Shown: positions 7,127 to 16,916, numbered from the stretch's first letter. The stretch: DNA of 16,983 nucleotides from Chitinivibrionales bacterium (GCA_038247415.1 JBBRUX010000064.1:1-16983), one strand, 5' to 3'. The notes: a model not told the origin generated them from the letters alone. Program-made: numbers and translations.

Positions 7127-10100
7127 TTATTTTCCACCACTACTAATTTCTGCAAGAATTTCAGGATTAGTAGGATCGATAAGTTTTGCTGCATCAAGAT
7201 GCTTTTTATAAAGGTCATCGCGTTTCCACATTTTTTGCAACCGTGCAATACCAAGCTCAGCAAGGGCAAACTTAGGATCTGCTTTAAGAGCTCGTTCGTA
7301 AAATGTTTCGGCCCATTTAGGACTCTTGCCAAGTTCCTTACCATACACACGAAACAGTTCCGCTTTGCCATACAGCGCCGGAGCATAATTAGTATATTCT
7401 TCGCCGAGGCTAAAAATAGACTCATACGCTTCGAGTGATCCTTTATAATCTTTGAGCCCTTCCTTGACTTTACCCATGAGGACAAGCGCTTTTGCAGAAG
7501 GCGACGAAGCCATGATATTCTCAATTTCGTTGTCGGCTTCCTTATATTTTTTATCTTCAAAAAGCATTTGGGCATACATAAGCCGCGTATCGTTGTCAGT
7601 TGGATTAAGTGCTAACAATTCTTCTACTTCTTTGCGAGCATCTTTTGGTTTATCAGCTTTAATGTAAAGTTTATATAGCTGCATTCTAATTTTAACATCT
7701 TTTGGAAGAATGTTTTTTGCCCGGTTAAGTGCATTTATCGCTTCATTTGGACGATCTGTTTTAGCATAGGATTCTGCTAATCCATACAGAATGTCTGGAT
7801 CTTTTGGTGAGAGCGTTGTAGCAGTTTCCAAATAAATAAGGCCTTCTTTTAACTTACCTTTCTTAACCAAAATTAAGCCGACACGCTTATTAGCAAGGAT
7901 ATTCTGAGGATCCGATTTAATAAGCGATTTGTACGCATTAAATTCTTCGTCATCATTGCCAAGCTTACCATATACTTCGCCAAGCTTACCCCAAATTGCA
8001 GGAATCGAATCTGCCATCGTGGTAATTTTGCCAAAAACAGAGACCGCTTTTGCAAGCGTTGCCTTGTCGTTAGCGTACATCATACCAAGCTGCAAAAAGT
8101 TACGATAATCCTTTGGAAATTTTACGATGTTTTCTTCGTAAATTTTCTTGGCTACTACGGGGCTTGACTTTTCCTGTAAAAAAGCAACCTTATACGATGC
8201 TTCGCCATCGCGTACACCTTCGATTTTTATATAGACAGCATACACTTCTGCTGCTTTATCGAGCTGGTTATTCTTTTCGTAAGATTCACCCAACATTCTT
8301 AGTATTGACTTATTATACGCAGCAGCTTTTGCGGTAAGCTTTGGGCCACCTTTACGAATAGCTTCGAAGGTTGCAATGGCGTTTTTGCTATCCTTAATAT
8401 TGTAATAAGCCTCTCCAAGTAAGAAAAAGAAACGAGCATCTTCGGGTTCTGCTGCAGATTTTGCCATTACTAAAAATTTCGCAGCATCATCGTACATTTT
8501 GGCACTCGATGCAGCTAAACCAATCTGCATTGCCATTTTGGTATCGGTAGGATTCTTTTCGAGATACTTCTTATAGGCTTTTGTTGCTTGCTCATTCTTA
8601 TTTTGCTTTACATAAAGATCACCAAGGGATTTATACTCCTTAGATGCAGAAGCGCTCATCATGATAACCTGTTCGTAGGTTATAATTGCCTCGTTTATAG
8701 AACCTGCAAGCGCTTGAGTTTCGGCAAGAGCTATAAGGGCATCGGTATTTTTAGAATCGAGCTGCAATACTTTTTCAAAGCTTGTCATAGCACTCTGGTA
8801 ATTACCTTTTTTCTGGTAAATCATACCAAGTGTATTGTAATCTTCGGCGGTAGCTTCTCCGGATTTGATTTTGCCACTTATAGCCTTGATTGCTTCGTCG
8901 AACTGACCCTTTGCAATAACAATTTCGGCATAGCGTTTGTAAAAGCCCTTGATAGTTGGATCGAGGCGAAGAGCTTCACGATACGCCTTGAGCGATCCGT
9001 CAAGATCTTTTTTCTCGTATAAAAAGTCTCCCATATCACGCTGAGCATTAGCATCTGAGGGGTTAAGCGCGAGATATTTATCCAAATAGGCAAATGCATT
9101 TGCTTTATCATTTTCGGCTGATGCAAGAGTATAAAGATTCTTTTGGACATCGGGGTTTTTAGGATCGAGAACAGAGAGCTCTTTATAAATTGCATAGGCG
9201 CTCTTGGAATCTTTTTTATCTACTGCATATTTCGCATAGCGTAAACGCGATACGATATTAGACTTGTCGAGATTCAAAAGACGTTTGTCTGCATCGGCAA
9301 GCTTTTCGATGTTTTGTGTTTTATCGTAGCAGGTTGCCAAATTTACGAGATATTCTTTATTGGAAGGATTCGCCTTTGCCAATGCTTCGAGTGCAGGAAT
9401 AGCGTTACGATAATCTTGCGACTTGAGATATCCCGTTGCCAATACCCCTTGAACTGAGAGGAGCGAACCATCGAGAGACAAGGCTGTTTTGGCAGCTTCA
9501 AGAGCTGCATCCCAATTGCCAAGACCTGCAGATGCAAGTGCGATACCTTCGCACGAAGCCGCGCTTCGTTTAAGGTTATCGGCCTTGAGAAACATTTCAA
9601 GAGCCTTTTGAAAACTCTTAATCTTGTTATTGTACTGACCAAGGATAATATACACAGCAGGATCGCTTGGCGAAAGAGAAATCATTTTTTCGTAGGTAGC
9701 ACGAGCCTTATCGTCGGCACCTGTCTGCTTATACAAATCTGCAAGACGCGCATATGCTTCGATGTTTTTCGCATTTTTAACAATGGCGCCTTCCATAACA
9801 GATACTGCATCGGCCAATGCATTGAGGCCAACATCAGCATCTACAATAAGAAAACTGATATCAGGTGCTGTTTCGTTTTTAGGATCGGCATTTGCAATAA
9901 ATTTAAAATTGGCAACAGCCCCGCTAAAATCCTTACGTTCGAGTTGCGCCTTTCCTACGATAAGGCGACTGGCAAGCGCTTCGCTCTGCTTTGATGCACC
10001 AAATGTTTTAACGGCAGATTCGTATGCTGCAACACTACCCTTGGTATCATTGCCCTTGTCTTTACAAATTGCAAGTGCATAATAATCCATGCCGGTTGCA

Positions 10101-10849
10101 GAAACTTTCGAAAGAACCTTATCAAACTCATTTGCAGCGTTAGAATAATCGCCCAGTTTATAATAGGTTCGAGCAAGATCCAAACGCGCATTATTCATAG
10201 TAGGATCGGCTTTTAGCACATTCTTAAGATTTTCGGTTGCACCGGGTAAATCGTTTGTTTCCAGAGATGCTTTACCCAATTTATAGGCAATATCGGCATC
10301 GGGTTTTTTGTCGTAGGATTTTTTAAGAAGGGGAACCGCTTTATCGTATTCTTTTGATGCAAAGTAAATATTACCAAGCTCGCGATTAGCTACAGCATTG
10401 GTAGGATCGGTTTCGATAACTTTTTCGAGAGCTTTTTTTGCTTCGGTAGAACGATTAAGCTTGATACATGCCGCAGCATATTCCCAGCTTGCTTCTCCGG
10501 TGAAGTTTATATCCAATGCTTTTTGAGCAGTGGTAAGAGCATTGTCTGGTTGACCAAGCTTATTATAGATACGAGCAGCACCTAAGAAGCTCTCGTAATC
10601 TTTGTTGTTAACGCGAGATGAGACTAAATAGCAAGCGAGTGCTTTTTCAACAAGGCCCAATGATTCATTTGCTTTAGCAAGGCTAACCCAAATATCTGGT
10701 GTGCGCGATGGTGGAGGGATACTTTCATCAGCATAATCGATAGCTTCTTTGTATTTGCCAGACTTAAAAAGCTTATCGAAATTTTCATCGGCAAACGCTA
10801 TCGAAGCGATTAACAAGAATCCACACACTGCACTCATAAAGCGAACCAT
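7127..10849 (-). CDS. Secreted tetratricopeptide-repeat (TPR) protein, ~1240 aa (paralogue B)
   Basis: Continuous TPR-like repeats (e.g. YNTLGMIYQKKGNYQSAMTSFEKVLQLDS, ANRELGNIYFASKEYDKAVPLLKKSYDKKP). Start at ATG 10849 with GGAGGG 7 nt upstream. Signal-peptide-like N-terminus ending IAFA|D. Confidence 0.9.
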   Translation of the reverse strand: MVRFMSAVCGFLLIASIAFADENFDKLFKSGKYKEAIDYADESIPPPSRTPDIWVSLAKANESLGLVEKALACYLVSSRVNNKDYESFLGAARIYNKLGQPDNALTTAQKALDINFTGEASWEYAAACIKLNRSTEAKKALEKVIETDPTNAVANRELGNIYFASKEYDKAVPLLKKSYDKKPDADIAYKLGKASLETNDLPGATENLKNVLKADPTMNNARLDLARTYYKLGDYSNAANEFDKVLSKVSATGMDYYALAICKDKGNDTKGSVAAYESAVKTFGASKQSEALASRLIVGKAQLERKDFSGAVANFKFIANADPKNETAPDISFLIVDADVGLNALADAVSVMEGAIVKNAKNIEAYARLADLYKQTGADDKARATYEKMISLSPSDPAVYIILGQYNNKIKSFQKALEMFLKADNLKRSAASCEGIALASAGLGNWDAALEAAKTALSLDGSLLSVQGVLATGYLKSQDYRNAIPALEALAKANPSNKEYLVNLATCYDKTQNIEKLADADKRLLNLDKSNIVSRLRYAKYAVDKKDSKSAYAIYKELSVLDPKNPDVQKNLYTLASAENDKANAFAYLDKYLALNPSDANAQRDMGDFLYEKKDLDGSLKAYREALRLDPTIKGFYKRYAEIVIAKGQFDEAIKAISGKIKSGEATAEDYNTLGMIYQKKGNYQSAMTSFEKVLQLDSKNTDALIALAETQALAGSINEAIITYEQVIMMSASASKEYKSLGDLYVKQNKNEQATKAYKKYLEKNPTDTKMAMQIGLAASSAKMYDDAAKFLVMAKSAAEPEDARFFFLLGEAYYNIKDSKNAIATFEAIRKGGPKLTAKAAAYNKSILRMLGESYEKNNQLDKAAEVYAVYIKIEGVRDGEASYKVAFLQEKSSPVVAKKIYEENIVKFPKDYRNFLQLGMMYANDKATLAKAVSVFGKITTMADSIPAIWGKLGEVYGKLGNDDEEFNAYKSLIKSDPQNILANKRVGLILVKKGKLKEGLIYLETATTLSPKDPDILYGLAESYAKTDRPNEAINALNRAKNILPKDVKIRMQLYKLYIKADKPKDARKEVEELLALNPTDNDTRLMYAQMLFEDKKYKEADNEIENIMASSPSAKALVLMGKVKEGLKDYKGSLEAYESIFSLGEEYTNYAPALYGKAELFRVYGKELGKSPKWAETFYERALKADPKFALAELGIARLQKMWKRDDLYKKHLDAAKLIDPTNPEILAEISSGGK

Positions 10850-10946
10850 ACAAGAACCCTCCTTCAGCACAACTGCGCTGGTTATGTATTGAGCAAGCCA
10901 AACCTAAAATTCAACATATATAGAATAGCGTATAAAATGGATTTTT

Positions 10947-11561
10947 TCACACCCTTTGTGCAAGCAATGGCTGATCCTTTTTTAGAAGTGCCCGCAAATG
11001 CTCCCAATCAAAGAGAGGACCCGGATCAAATTTTGGAGTTTCTCTAAGCCCAAGCGCAACCGCATGAGAAGAAGCAACATGCTCATGCCCAATATATTTG
11101 AACGAGACAGACCAACGCATTTCGATCTCTGCACACAATGCTGCCAATGATTCATATTGAAACTGCGTAAAACCCGAATCGTGGGTACCGCTGAGCTCGA
11201 TGCCAATTGAAAAATTATTCACATCTCGGCGTAGATCTGGAAGCGGCATAATGCTTCCTCCCGCATGCCAGGCACGAGATGCTTCGGGAACCAGGGAAAG
11301 AATTCGACCATTCTGACTAATCAAATAATGCGCGCTCACCTTATGCGAAATTAGCGTAAATAGTTCCGCAAGCGTATCAAAAGGCTTCTGCGGGACATCG
11401 TCAATGGCGCTCATATAATGAATAATTATTGTATCGACGCTAGAGCCAGCGGGGCGATCATTCCAGAGCTTTTCGTATCCTTGCTCACGAATATATTCGC
11501 CAAGAGGTTTGTCGTCCCACAGTAGCGAATTATGAATATCGAGCAGGGCGAGTTCCATCAT
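10947..11561 (-). CDS. N-acetylmuramoyl-L-alanine amidase, Amidase_2 family (AmpD-like)
   Basis: Motifs IIIHY, VSAHYLI, RAWHAG, NNFSIGIEL, GHEHVA and KFDPG (His/His/Asp zinc ligands of Amidase_2). No signal peptide, consistent with a cytoplasmic recycling enzyme. Confidence 0.88.
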   Translation of the reverse strand: MMELALLDIHNSLLWDDKPLGEYIREQGYEKLWNDRPAGSSVDTIIIHYMSAIDDVPQKPFDTLAELFTLISHKVSAHYLISQNGRILSLVPEASRAWHAGGSIMPLPDLRRDVNNFSIGIELSGTHDSGFTQFQYESLAALCAEIEMRWSVSFKYIGHEHVASSHAVALGLRETPKFDPGPLFDWEHLRALLKKDQPLLAQRV

Positions 11562-11599
11562 GCAGGTTTGCCTGATAAGCTATGAAGTTGACTACGCGA

Positions 11600-12517
11600 T
11601 CAACTCTCTGAGAGGTTTCCAAACATTGCTTCAACATAGGCGCTTGCAGAAAAATCATCGAGATCCTCGATTGCTTCACCTATGCCAATCTTTCGAATAG
11701 GGATCATGAGTTCGCGGGCAATTGAAACGACAATGCCGCCTTTAGAGGTTCCATCGAGTTTCGTAATAACAAGGCCCGTTAATTTTACAATTTCGTTAAA
11801 AACGCGCGCCTGAACCAGAGCATTCTGACCTGTTGTCGAATCGATAACAAGCAGTATCTCATGAGGAATTGTTGCATCATCGCGTCTTAAAACGCGAACG
11901 ATTTTCTCGAGCTCGTTCATAAGGTTTACTTTATTGTGCAACCTCCCCGCAGTGTCAAGTATCAGGATATCGCTTCCCCGTGCTTGCGCTGCGGCAAGGG
12001 CATCGTAGGCTACCGAGGCGGGATCGGAACCAGACTGCTGGGAGATAAAATCGGCATCCGTGCGATCTGCCCAAATTTTAAGCTGTTCGATGGCACCAGC
12101 CCTAAACGTATCCGCTGCGCCTAAAATGACTTTTTTGCCTTGTTGTCTATAGGCATGACACAATTTACCAATAGTTGTTGTTTTGCCAACACCATTCACA
12201 CCTACCACAAGAATTACATGCGGTGATGCGCTTATCACGGGTTTATATTCGAGAGCGGTAAGATCTGCAACGAGCAATTCTTTGAGCAGCGAATACGCAA
12301 CGGGAGCCTGGTTTACCCCACGCGAACGAATCTCGCGTTTAAGCCGCGCCACAAGATCAACCGACCTGTCAAGGCCAATATCAGCAGCAATAAGGGCTTC
12401 CTCAACGCTATCGTAGAAGGCATCGTCAAATTTTGATATGCCTACGATAGAAACTATCTGAGCTCGTGTTTTTTGGAGTCCGAGTTTGAGCCGGTCAAAA
12501 AATCCCATTCTTGCCAT
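11600..12517 (-). CDS. ftsY: Signal recognition particle receptor FtsY (short form lacking the acidic A domain)
   Basis: N-terminal [14 protein letters not shown] membrane-targeting helix; SRP GTPase motifs [54 protein letters not shown] upstream; alternative ATG at 12508. Confidence 0.96.
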   Translation of the reverse strand: MARMGFFDRLKLGLQKTRAQIVSIVGISKFDDAFYDSVEEALIAADIGLDRSVDLVARLKREIRSRGVNQAPVAYSLLKELLVADLTALEYKPVISASPHVILVVGVNGVGKTTTIGKLCHAYRQQGKKVILGAADTFRAGAIEQLKIWADRTDADFISQQSGSDPASVAYDALAAAQARGSDILILDTAGRLHNKVNLMNELEKIVRVLRRDDATIPHEILLVIDSTTGQNALVQARVFNEIVKLTGLVITKLDGTSKGGIVVSIARELMIPIRKIGIGEAIEDLDDFSASAYVEAMFGNLSES

Positions 12518-12578
12518 AATCCTTTCGAGGTGCTAGAACCCATTTACAAATATTTCTACGCTGCTTTCATGCATAAAA

Positions 12579-13409
12579 TTACATGACGGCATCCATTAAT
12601 GCATCGATGCGTCCTTGAGCAGCAAGCACCTGGGCGCCAATAACTTTTAGTCGCTCTACCGATAACCCAAGGCACGCAAGTGCTGCATCCGATACGTTCG
12701 GCATACATTCCTTCGCAAACACACCAAAGCCAAGTCCATGCGTCATGCAATCTGCAACATGCACAAGACTCGATAAAACTCCCGATGGTGCGTGATGGGT
12801 ACCTATGGCCCGAGTTAGTTCTAGAGGAAACTGCCAGCCAGTCACTAAAAGCTCTCCCATTTTGTCATGGGTGATCACCTGATCTTCGGCAGCATAGAAT
12901 GTTGTTTTTTCGGCCTCGGCTCTGGTCACGACCTGCTGCACATAGGCGCAATGCGAACAACAGAGGGCTAATTTTCCGGCATCATGCAAAAGCCCTGCTG
13001 TAAATGCGTCATCGGGGTCGATTGGCACACTCCGACGAATAGTACGCGCAATTGCTTCACAAAGAGAAGCACATACCAGCGCATGATGCCAATACCGTCC
13101 CAATTCACACGCGAGCGGCTTTTGAGGAGATGACACAGAATTCACAGCTGCCAATCCAAGCACAAGCGATGCAATCCGCTTGCGACCCAAAAGCACCACT
13201 GCATTGGTAATAGAAGAGACCCGATTGGGCAATCCAATTGAAGCCGAATTCGCTAATTTTAATACCCGAGCCGCAAGCACGGTATCACAGCGAATTGCCT
13301 CGCACAGCTCTTTTATATCCGACTGCTGATTCTGAAGAATTACCAAAAGCCTGCCAAGCGCAGAGGGGAAAACCGGAAGAACAATATTGGAAAGAGCAAA
13401 GGGGCTCAT
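12579..13409 (-). CDS. Stand-alone HDOD domain protein
   Basis: LPVFP, LAARVLKLANS, SITNAVVLLG, YWHHAL, AFTAGLLHDAGK, WQFP and IGTHH match the HDOD pattern. ATGA overlap with the upstream HDOD gene. Confidence 0.88.
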   Translation of the reverse strand: MSPFALSNIVLPVFPSALGRLLVILQNQQSDIKELCEAIRCDTVLAARVLKLANSASIGLPNRVSSITNAVVLLGRKRIASLVLGLAAVNSVSSPQKPLACELGRYWHHALVCASLCEAIARTIRRSVPIDPDDAFTAGLLHDAGKLALCCSHCAYVQQVVTRAEAEKTTFYAAEDQVITHDKMGELLVTGWQFPLELTRAIGTHHAPSGVLSSLVHVADCMTHGLGFGVFAKECMPNVSDAALACLGLSVERLKVIGAQVLAAQGRIDALMDAVM

Positions 13410-14290
13410 GCCGTGCCCCCGCCTGCAAGTGCTAAAAACTCGTCGCTTTTGCCCACATCATTGGCAACCCGCTGGGTAAGTGCTTCGTAGTCGACTACCG
13501 TCAAAAATAATTGACATAATGCGCTATCAAGAACAGGGTTGACCTGCTCATCTTTCCACAAGCCAGCATTAACACGATGCGCAATAGTGTCGGCAATATG
13601 GATTGCCGCAACCAGATTGGCAATACCCTCTCCTGCAACCGGGGAATGATGCCCAACAATAGATGCTTCCAGATCCAGCGGAAGAGACCATAAATCGGAG
13701 AGTATTTTACCTACGGTTGCATGGTTCACACCAAATACAGATTCTTCTACGGTGCATATCGATATTTTTTTCTCAAATGCTTCTTCACATACCACATTGT
13801 ATTCGGTAGGTAGACAATGGGCAAAAACTAATTTACCAATATCATGCATGATCCCGGCACAAAAAGCACTCTCCGGATCCAGATACATTTGGCCAAGCAC
13901 CGACCGGATAATTTCGCGTCCTGCAAGTGCACAGACAATAGAATGTCGCCAAAATTGCTTCATGTCGAAGCGGGCAACCGGGCCTTGTGCAAAGAGGCGA
14001 ATAACAGACGACGAAAGGGCCAAGGCCTTAATGGAATTAAACCCCAACACAACAACTGCGCTCGATACCGAGGAAATAGCACGGGGGGATCCATAAAAGG
14101 CGCTATTTGCAAGCCGCAAAATTCTGCTTGTCAAAGCAGGGTCCTGTTTAATACACGTTGCGGCATCATCGGCAGAGCTATCAGGAGAATTGACTATATC
14201 TATAAGTTTTAACACCACCGCATCAAGGGCTGGGAGGGTATCGAGCTTATTACGCAGTGCTGCATACGTGGCGGCAGTTCCCATACTCAT
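13406..14290 (-). CDS. Stand-alone HDOD domain protein
   Basis: LPAL, IKQDPALTSRILRLANSAFYG, ISSVSSAVVVLG, FWRHS, AGIMHDIGK, NHATVG, WSLP and IVGHH. ATGA overlap with the mtaB stop. Confidence 0.9.
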   Translation of the reverse strand: MSMGTAATYAALRNKLDTLPALDAVVLKLIDIVNSPDSSADDAATCIKQDPALTSRILRLANSAFYGSPRAISSVSSAVVVLGFNSIKALALSSSVIRLFAQGPVARFDMKQFWRHSIVCALAGREIIRSVLGQMYLDPESAFCAGIMHDIGKLVFAHCLPTEYNVVCEEAFEKKISICTVEESVFGVNHATVGKILSDLWSLPLDLEASIVGHHSPVAGEGIANLVAAIHIADTIAHRVNAGLWKDEQVNPVLDSALCQLFLTVVDYEALTQRVANDVGKSDEFLALAGGGTA

Positions 14291-15603
14291 AGCATTTCCC
14301 CATTCTGGCGCACATCCTTGGTAACGGTACCAATAATACGTCCCTTGTCATCGCATCTATCTGTAAGTATAACGTCAAGAGAGTCATTTCTTTGTGCGCT
14401 CCCCACGGGCACGATTACGCGCAAAAAATTGGCGGTAAGCCCCACAACTTCTGTGCCTTTTTCCACAATAACAACCTGGCGCGACAAAGCTTGACTGGCA
14501 ATAAAGCGAAGACGTGTTTCTGCAAAGATCTCCCGAAGCTTCTCCGAGCGCAACGTGCTCACGGATGCAGGAACATCGTCGACCATTTCTTGGGACTCTG
14601 TTCCAGGACGCACCGAATAACGAAAAACATGACCATACCCAAACCCGACAGATTTGACAAAAGAACATAAATAATCGAACTCTTGGGGGGTTTCCCCACA
14701 AAAACCAACAATGCAATCGGCTCCAATATTTACATGAGGATATTTCTGCCGTATGGCTATAAGAAGCTTGTGCAATGCGGAGGAGGAAATGCCCGTGCGA
14801 TTCATGCGTGCAAGAACCTCCGCGTGGGCGTGCTGGATACAGACATGCACATGGGCACACATGCGCGGGTGAGTGCCGATAAGATCGATAATTTCATCGG
14901 TAAGTTCCTGGGGATCCAAAGAGCTTAACCGCAGCCGAAAATCATAAGGCTCGGCAAGAATTTCCTTTACAAGGGCAGCCAGATCGGGAATTGTTGCAGT
15001 GTGATAATCACCAATATGAGTACCCGTTAAAACGATTTCCTTATAGCCGGCCTGGGCAGCACTATGTACTGCCGCTACAACATCGGAATGCGTTGCGCTC
15101 TTTGAAGGGCCCCGCAATTGCGGGACAATGCAGTACGAGCAGCGGTTATTGCACCCTTCCTGAATTTTTATGGCCCACCGGGTGCGATCAGATTGACTTA
15201 AGGGCATTACCCCCGACACCAGGGCCAAAGCCGGGGAATCTGATTCCAGATTTTTTTGGAAAGAATGGTCGCCTTTAAGAATTTTGGCAATTTCATTTTT
15301 ATTTTTATTGGGAATCAACCAATTGACATGAGCGAGTGGCGAAGGGGCATTTTCATGGAGTGTTGCCATGCATCCCGTAAAAGCAATACGCAGATGAGCA
15401 TTGTTTTTTTTGAGGGCCGCAAGCATTTTATGCGTTGCTTGTTCGGTTTTCGCAGTAACGGCACAACTATTAACAATAGCAATATCCGCAGAAGCGACAT
15501 CATCAACGAGGGCAAAACCTTCTGCACACAATGCCATGCGCATTGTTTCGAGTTCTTCCTGATTGGTACGACAACCAATACTGTGCAGAACAACCTTCTG
15601 CAT
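14287..15603 (-). CDS. mtaB: tRNA t6A37 methylthiotransferase (radical SAM, MiaB/MtaB/RimO family; most like MtaB)
   Basis: UPF0004 cysteines (IGCRTNQ, VNSCAVT, TGCMA), radical SAM CxxxCxxC (KIQEGCNNRCSYCIVP), EIVLTGTHIGDY, RLRLSSLDP, HVFRYSVRPGT and C-terminal GLTANF. The subfamily assignment is from motif recall. Confidence 0.8.
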   Translation of the reverse strand: MQKVVLHSIGCRTNQEELETMRMALCAEGFALVDDVASADIAIVNSCAVTAKTEQATHKMLAALKKNNAHLRIAFTGCMATLHENAPSPLAHVNWLIPNKNKNEIAKILKGDHSFQKNLESDSPALALVSGVMPLSQSDRTRWAIKIQEGCNNRCSYCIVPQLRGPSKSATHSDVVAAVHSAAQAGYKEIVLTGTHIGDYHTATIPDLAALVKEILAEPYDFRLRLSSLDPQELTDEIIDLIGTHPRMCAHVHVCIQHAHAEVLARMNRTGISSSALHKLLIAIRQKYPHVNIGADCIVGFCGETPQEFDYLCSFVKSVGFGYGHVFRYSVRPGTESQEMVDDVPASVSTLRSEKLREIFAETRLRFIASQALSRQVVIVEKGTEVVGLTANFLRVIVPVGSAQRNDSLDVILTDRCDDKGRIIGTVTKDVRQNGEML

Positions 15604-15606
15604 GAG

Positions 15607-16296
15607 TTAGCTCCACTCTGCAAGTGCTTCGGTTTGCGTTTCAAAAACTTTCATGACATTCTTTATTCCAAGGGTTTCGAAAAGATCGGATACAACATAA
15701 TTAGCACCGCATAAACGCATGCATCCACCCGATTCCTTTAAAAGACGATGCATTAACAAAAGAACACTAACACTAATGCTGTCGAAGTAGGTAAGTTCTT
15801 CGAGGTCAATTAACATACGAGTATACAAGGCCATGGCAACCAGAATCTTTTGCTTAAAAAAGCGCGACCCAGCTGGATGGTTCATAACACCCTGTAACCG
15901 AAGGATATATACCCCTGCCACATCTTCGGAAACAATAGAAAGGCGAATTTCTCCTGCAGGGTCAAAAAGATCGACAACGGCCTTTTGCATACCATTACTG
16001 GAATCGATATCAAAAAGAGTATCGATACCGGTATCTCTAAAAAAGCTAACCAGGGGCTCTGTTAGATTTTTGATAACGATACTCCGATTCTGCAGTTTTG
16101 AATCGTGTGTTAAACACACAAGCTGACCAAGTGCCCTGCTATCCAAGGAAGTACACTTTTTGAAATCGAGAATGCACACCGATGACTCATGCTCAAAAGA
16201 ACGCTTGACATTCTTCTTGACTTCTTGCATAGCAAAATCCGAACACCGTTCGTTGAGGGTTACGGTAATTATTCCACTGCGATGTTCATATTCCAC
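15607..16296 (-). CDS. Tandem STAS-domain protein (anti-sigma-factor antagonist-like)
   Basis: Two STAS units: ILDFKKCTSLDSRALGQL..FFRDTGIDTLF and LIDLEELTYFDSISVSVL..LFETLGIKNVM..TQTEAL. GTG start with an AGGAG SD overlapping the mutL TAG. Confidence 0.85.
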   Translation of the reverse strand: MEYEHRSGIITVTLNERCSDFAMQEVKKNVKRSFEHESSVCILDFKKCTSLDSRALGQLVCLTHDSKLQNRSIVIKNLTEPLVSFFRDTGIDTLFDIDSSNGMQKAVVDLFDPAGEIRLSIVSEDVAGVYILRLQGVMNHPAGSRFFKQKILVAMALYTRMLIDLEELTYFDSISVSVLLLMHRLLKESGGCMRLCGANYVVSDLFETLGIKNVMKVFETQTEALAEWS

Positions 16297-16304
16297 GAAT
16301 ACTC

Positions 16305-16904
16305 CTAGCGCATAAACCTTCTACCTATTTCGTCAAGTGACATCCGGACAATCGTTGGACGCCCATGGGGACAGGTATAAGGATTGGTTGTTTTAAAAAG
16401 GCTGTTAAGTAAAGCATTCATTTCTTCCTGATCTAGCTTTTGTCCGCTTTTTATGGCAGCCCCGCAGGCAAATGCTGCCGAAAAACGTTTTTCGGGTTCA
16501 GACATACGCACGGGATCGTCTTCGTTAAGTAAAAACTCGAGCATTTCCCGCAGAGCTTCTTGTACGCTCGAATCTCGCATAAACGCTGGAATGGCCGAAA
16601 TTGCTACGCTCGTTCCAGAAAAGCGCTGCACCTCAAAGCCAAACAATCTGAAATAATCAACCGATGCATCGATAATTGCACATTCAGCATTTGACAATTC
16701 CATGACAATAGGAAACAATAACTGCTGCGACTCGGCGCGTCCTGCTTTTGTAAAAAGCAATGCCTGTTCGTACAATATTCGTTCGTGAGCAGCATGCTGA
16801 TCGATAAGCAAAATTCCGTTTTTAATAGGCGCCAAGATATACATCGCGTGAATCTGATAGCAGGATATAAGCCCAAACACCGTATCGGCTATACCCTCCT
16901 GCAA
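16305..16904 (-). CDS. mutL: DNA mismatch repair protein MutL, C-terminal dimerisation/endonuclease domain (separated from upstream sequence by an in-frame TGA)
   Basis: Endonuclease motif DQHAAHERILYE, plus SQQLLFP, ACGAAIK and CPHGRP. The reading frame is closed upstream by TGA at 16919-16917. Confidence 0.9.
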   Translation of the reverse strand: MQEGIADTVFGLISCYQIHAMYILAPIKNGILLIDQHAAHERILYEQALLFTKAGRAESQQLLFPIVMELSNAECAIIDASVDYFRLFGFEVQRFSGTSVAISAIPAFMRDSSVQEALREMLEFLLNEDDPVRMSEPEKRFSAAFACGAAIKSGQKLDQEEMNALLNSLFKTTNPYTCPHGRPTIVRMSLDEIGRRFMR

Positions 16905-16916
16905 TTGTACCGTTGA

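Noticed and set aside
10790..10849. Lipoprotein signal in the TPR proteins (Cys near both N-termini)
   Set aside because: The Cys residues precede the hydrophobic core and lack a lipobox; the AFA|D and LFA|D sites fit signal peptidase I.
190..10849. TPR genes as an anti-phage, toxin or recent-duplication/mobile system
   Set aside because: No NTPase, nuclease, TIR, SIR2, CHAT or integrase domain was seen, both proteins have export signals, the context is housekeeping, and DNA-level identity is limited to short patches.
11600..12517. FtsY lacking the long acidic N-terminal domain
   Set aside because: Short NG-only FtsY is common in many bacterial phyla.
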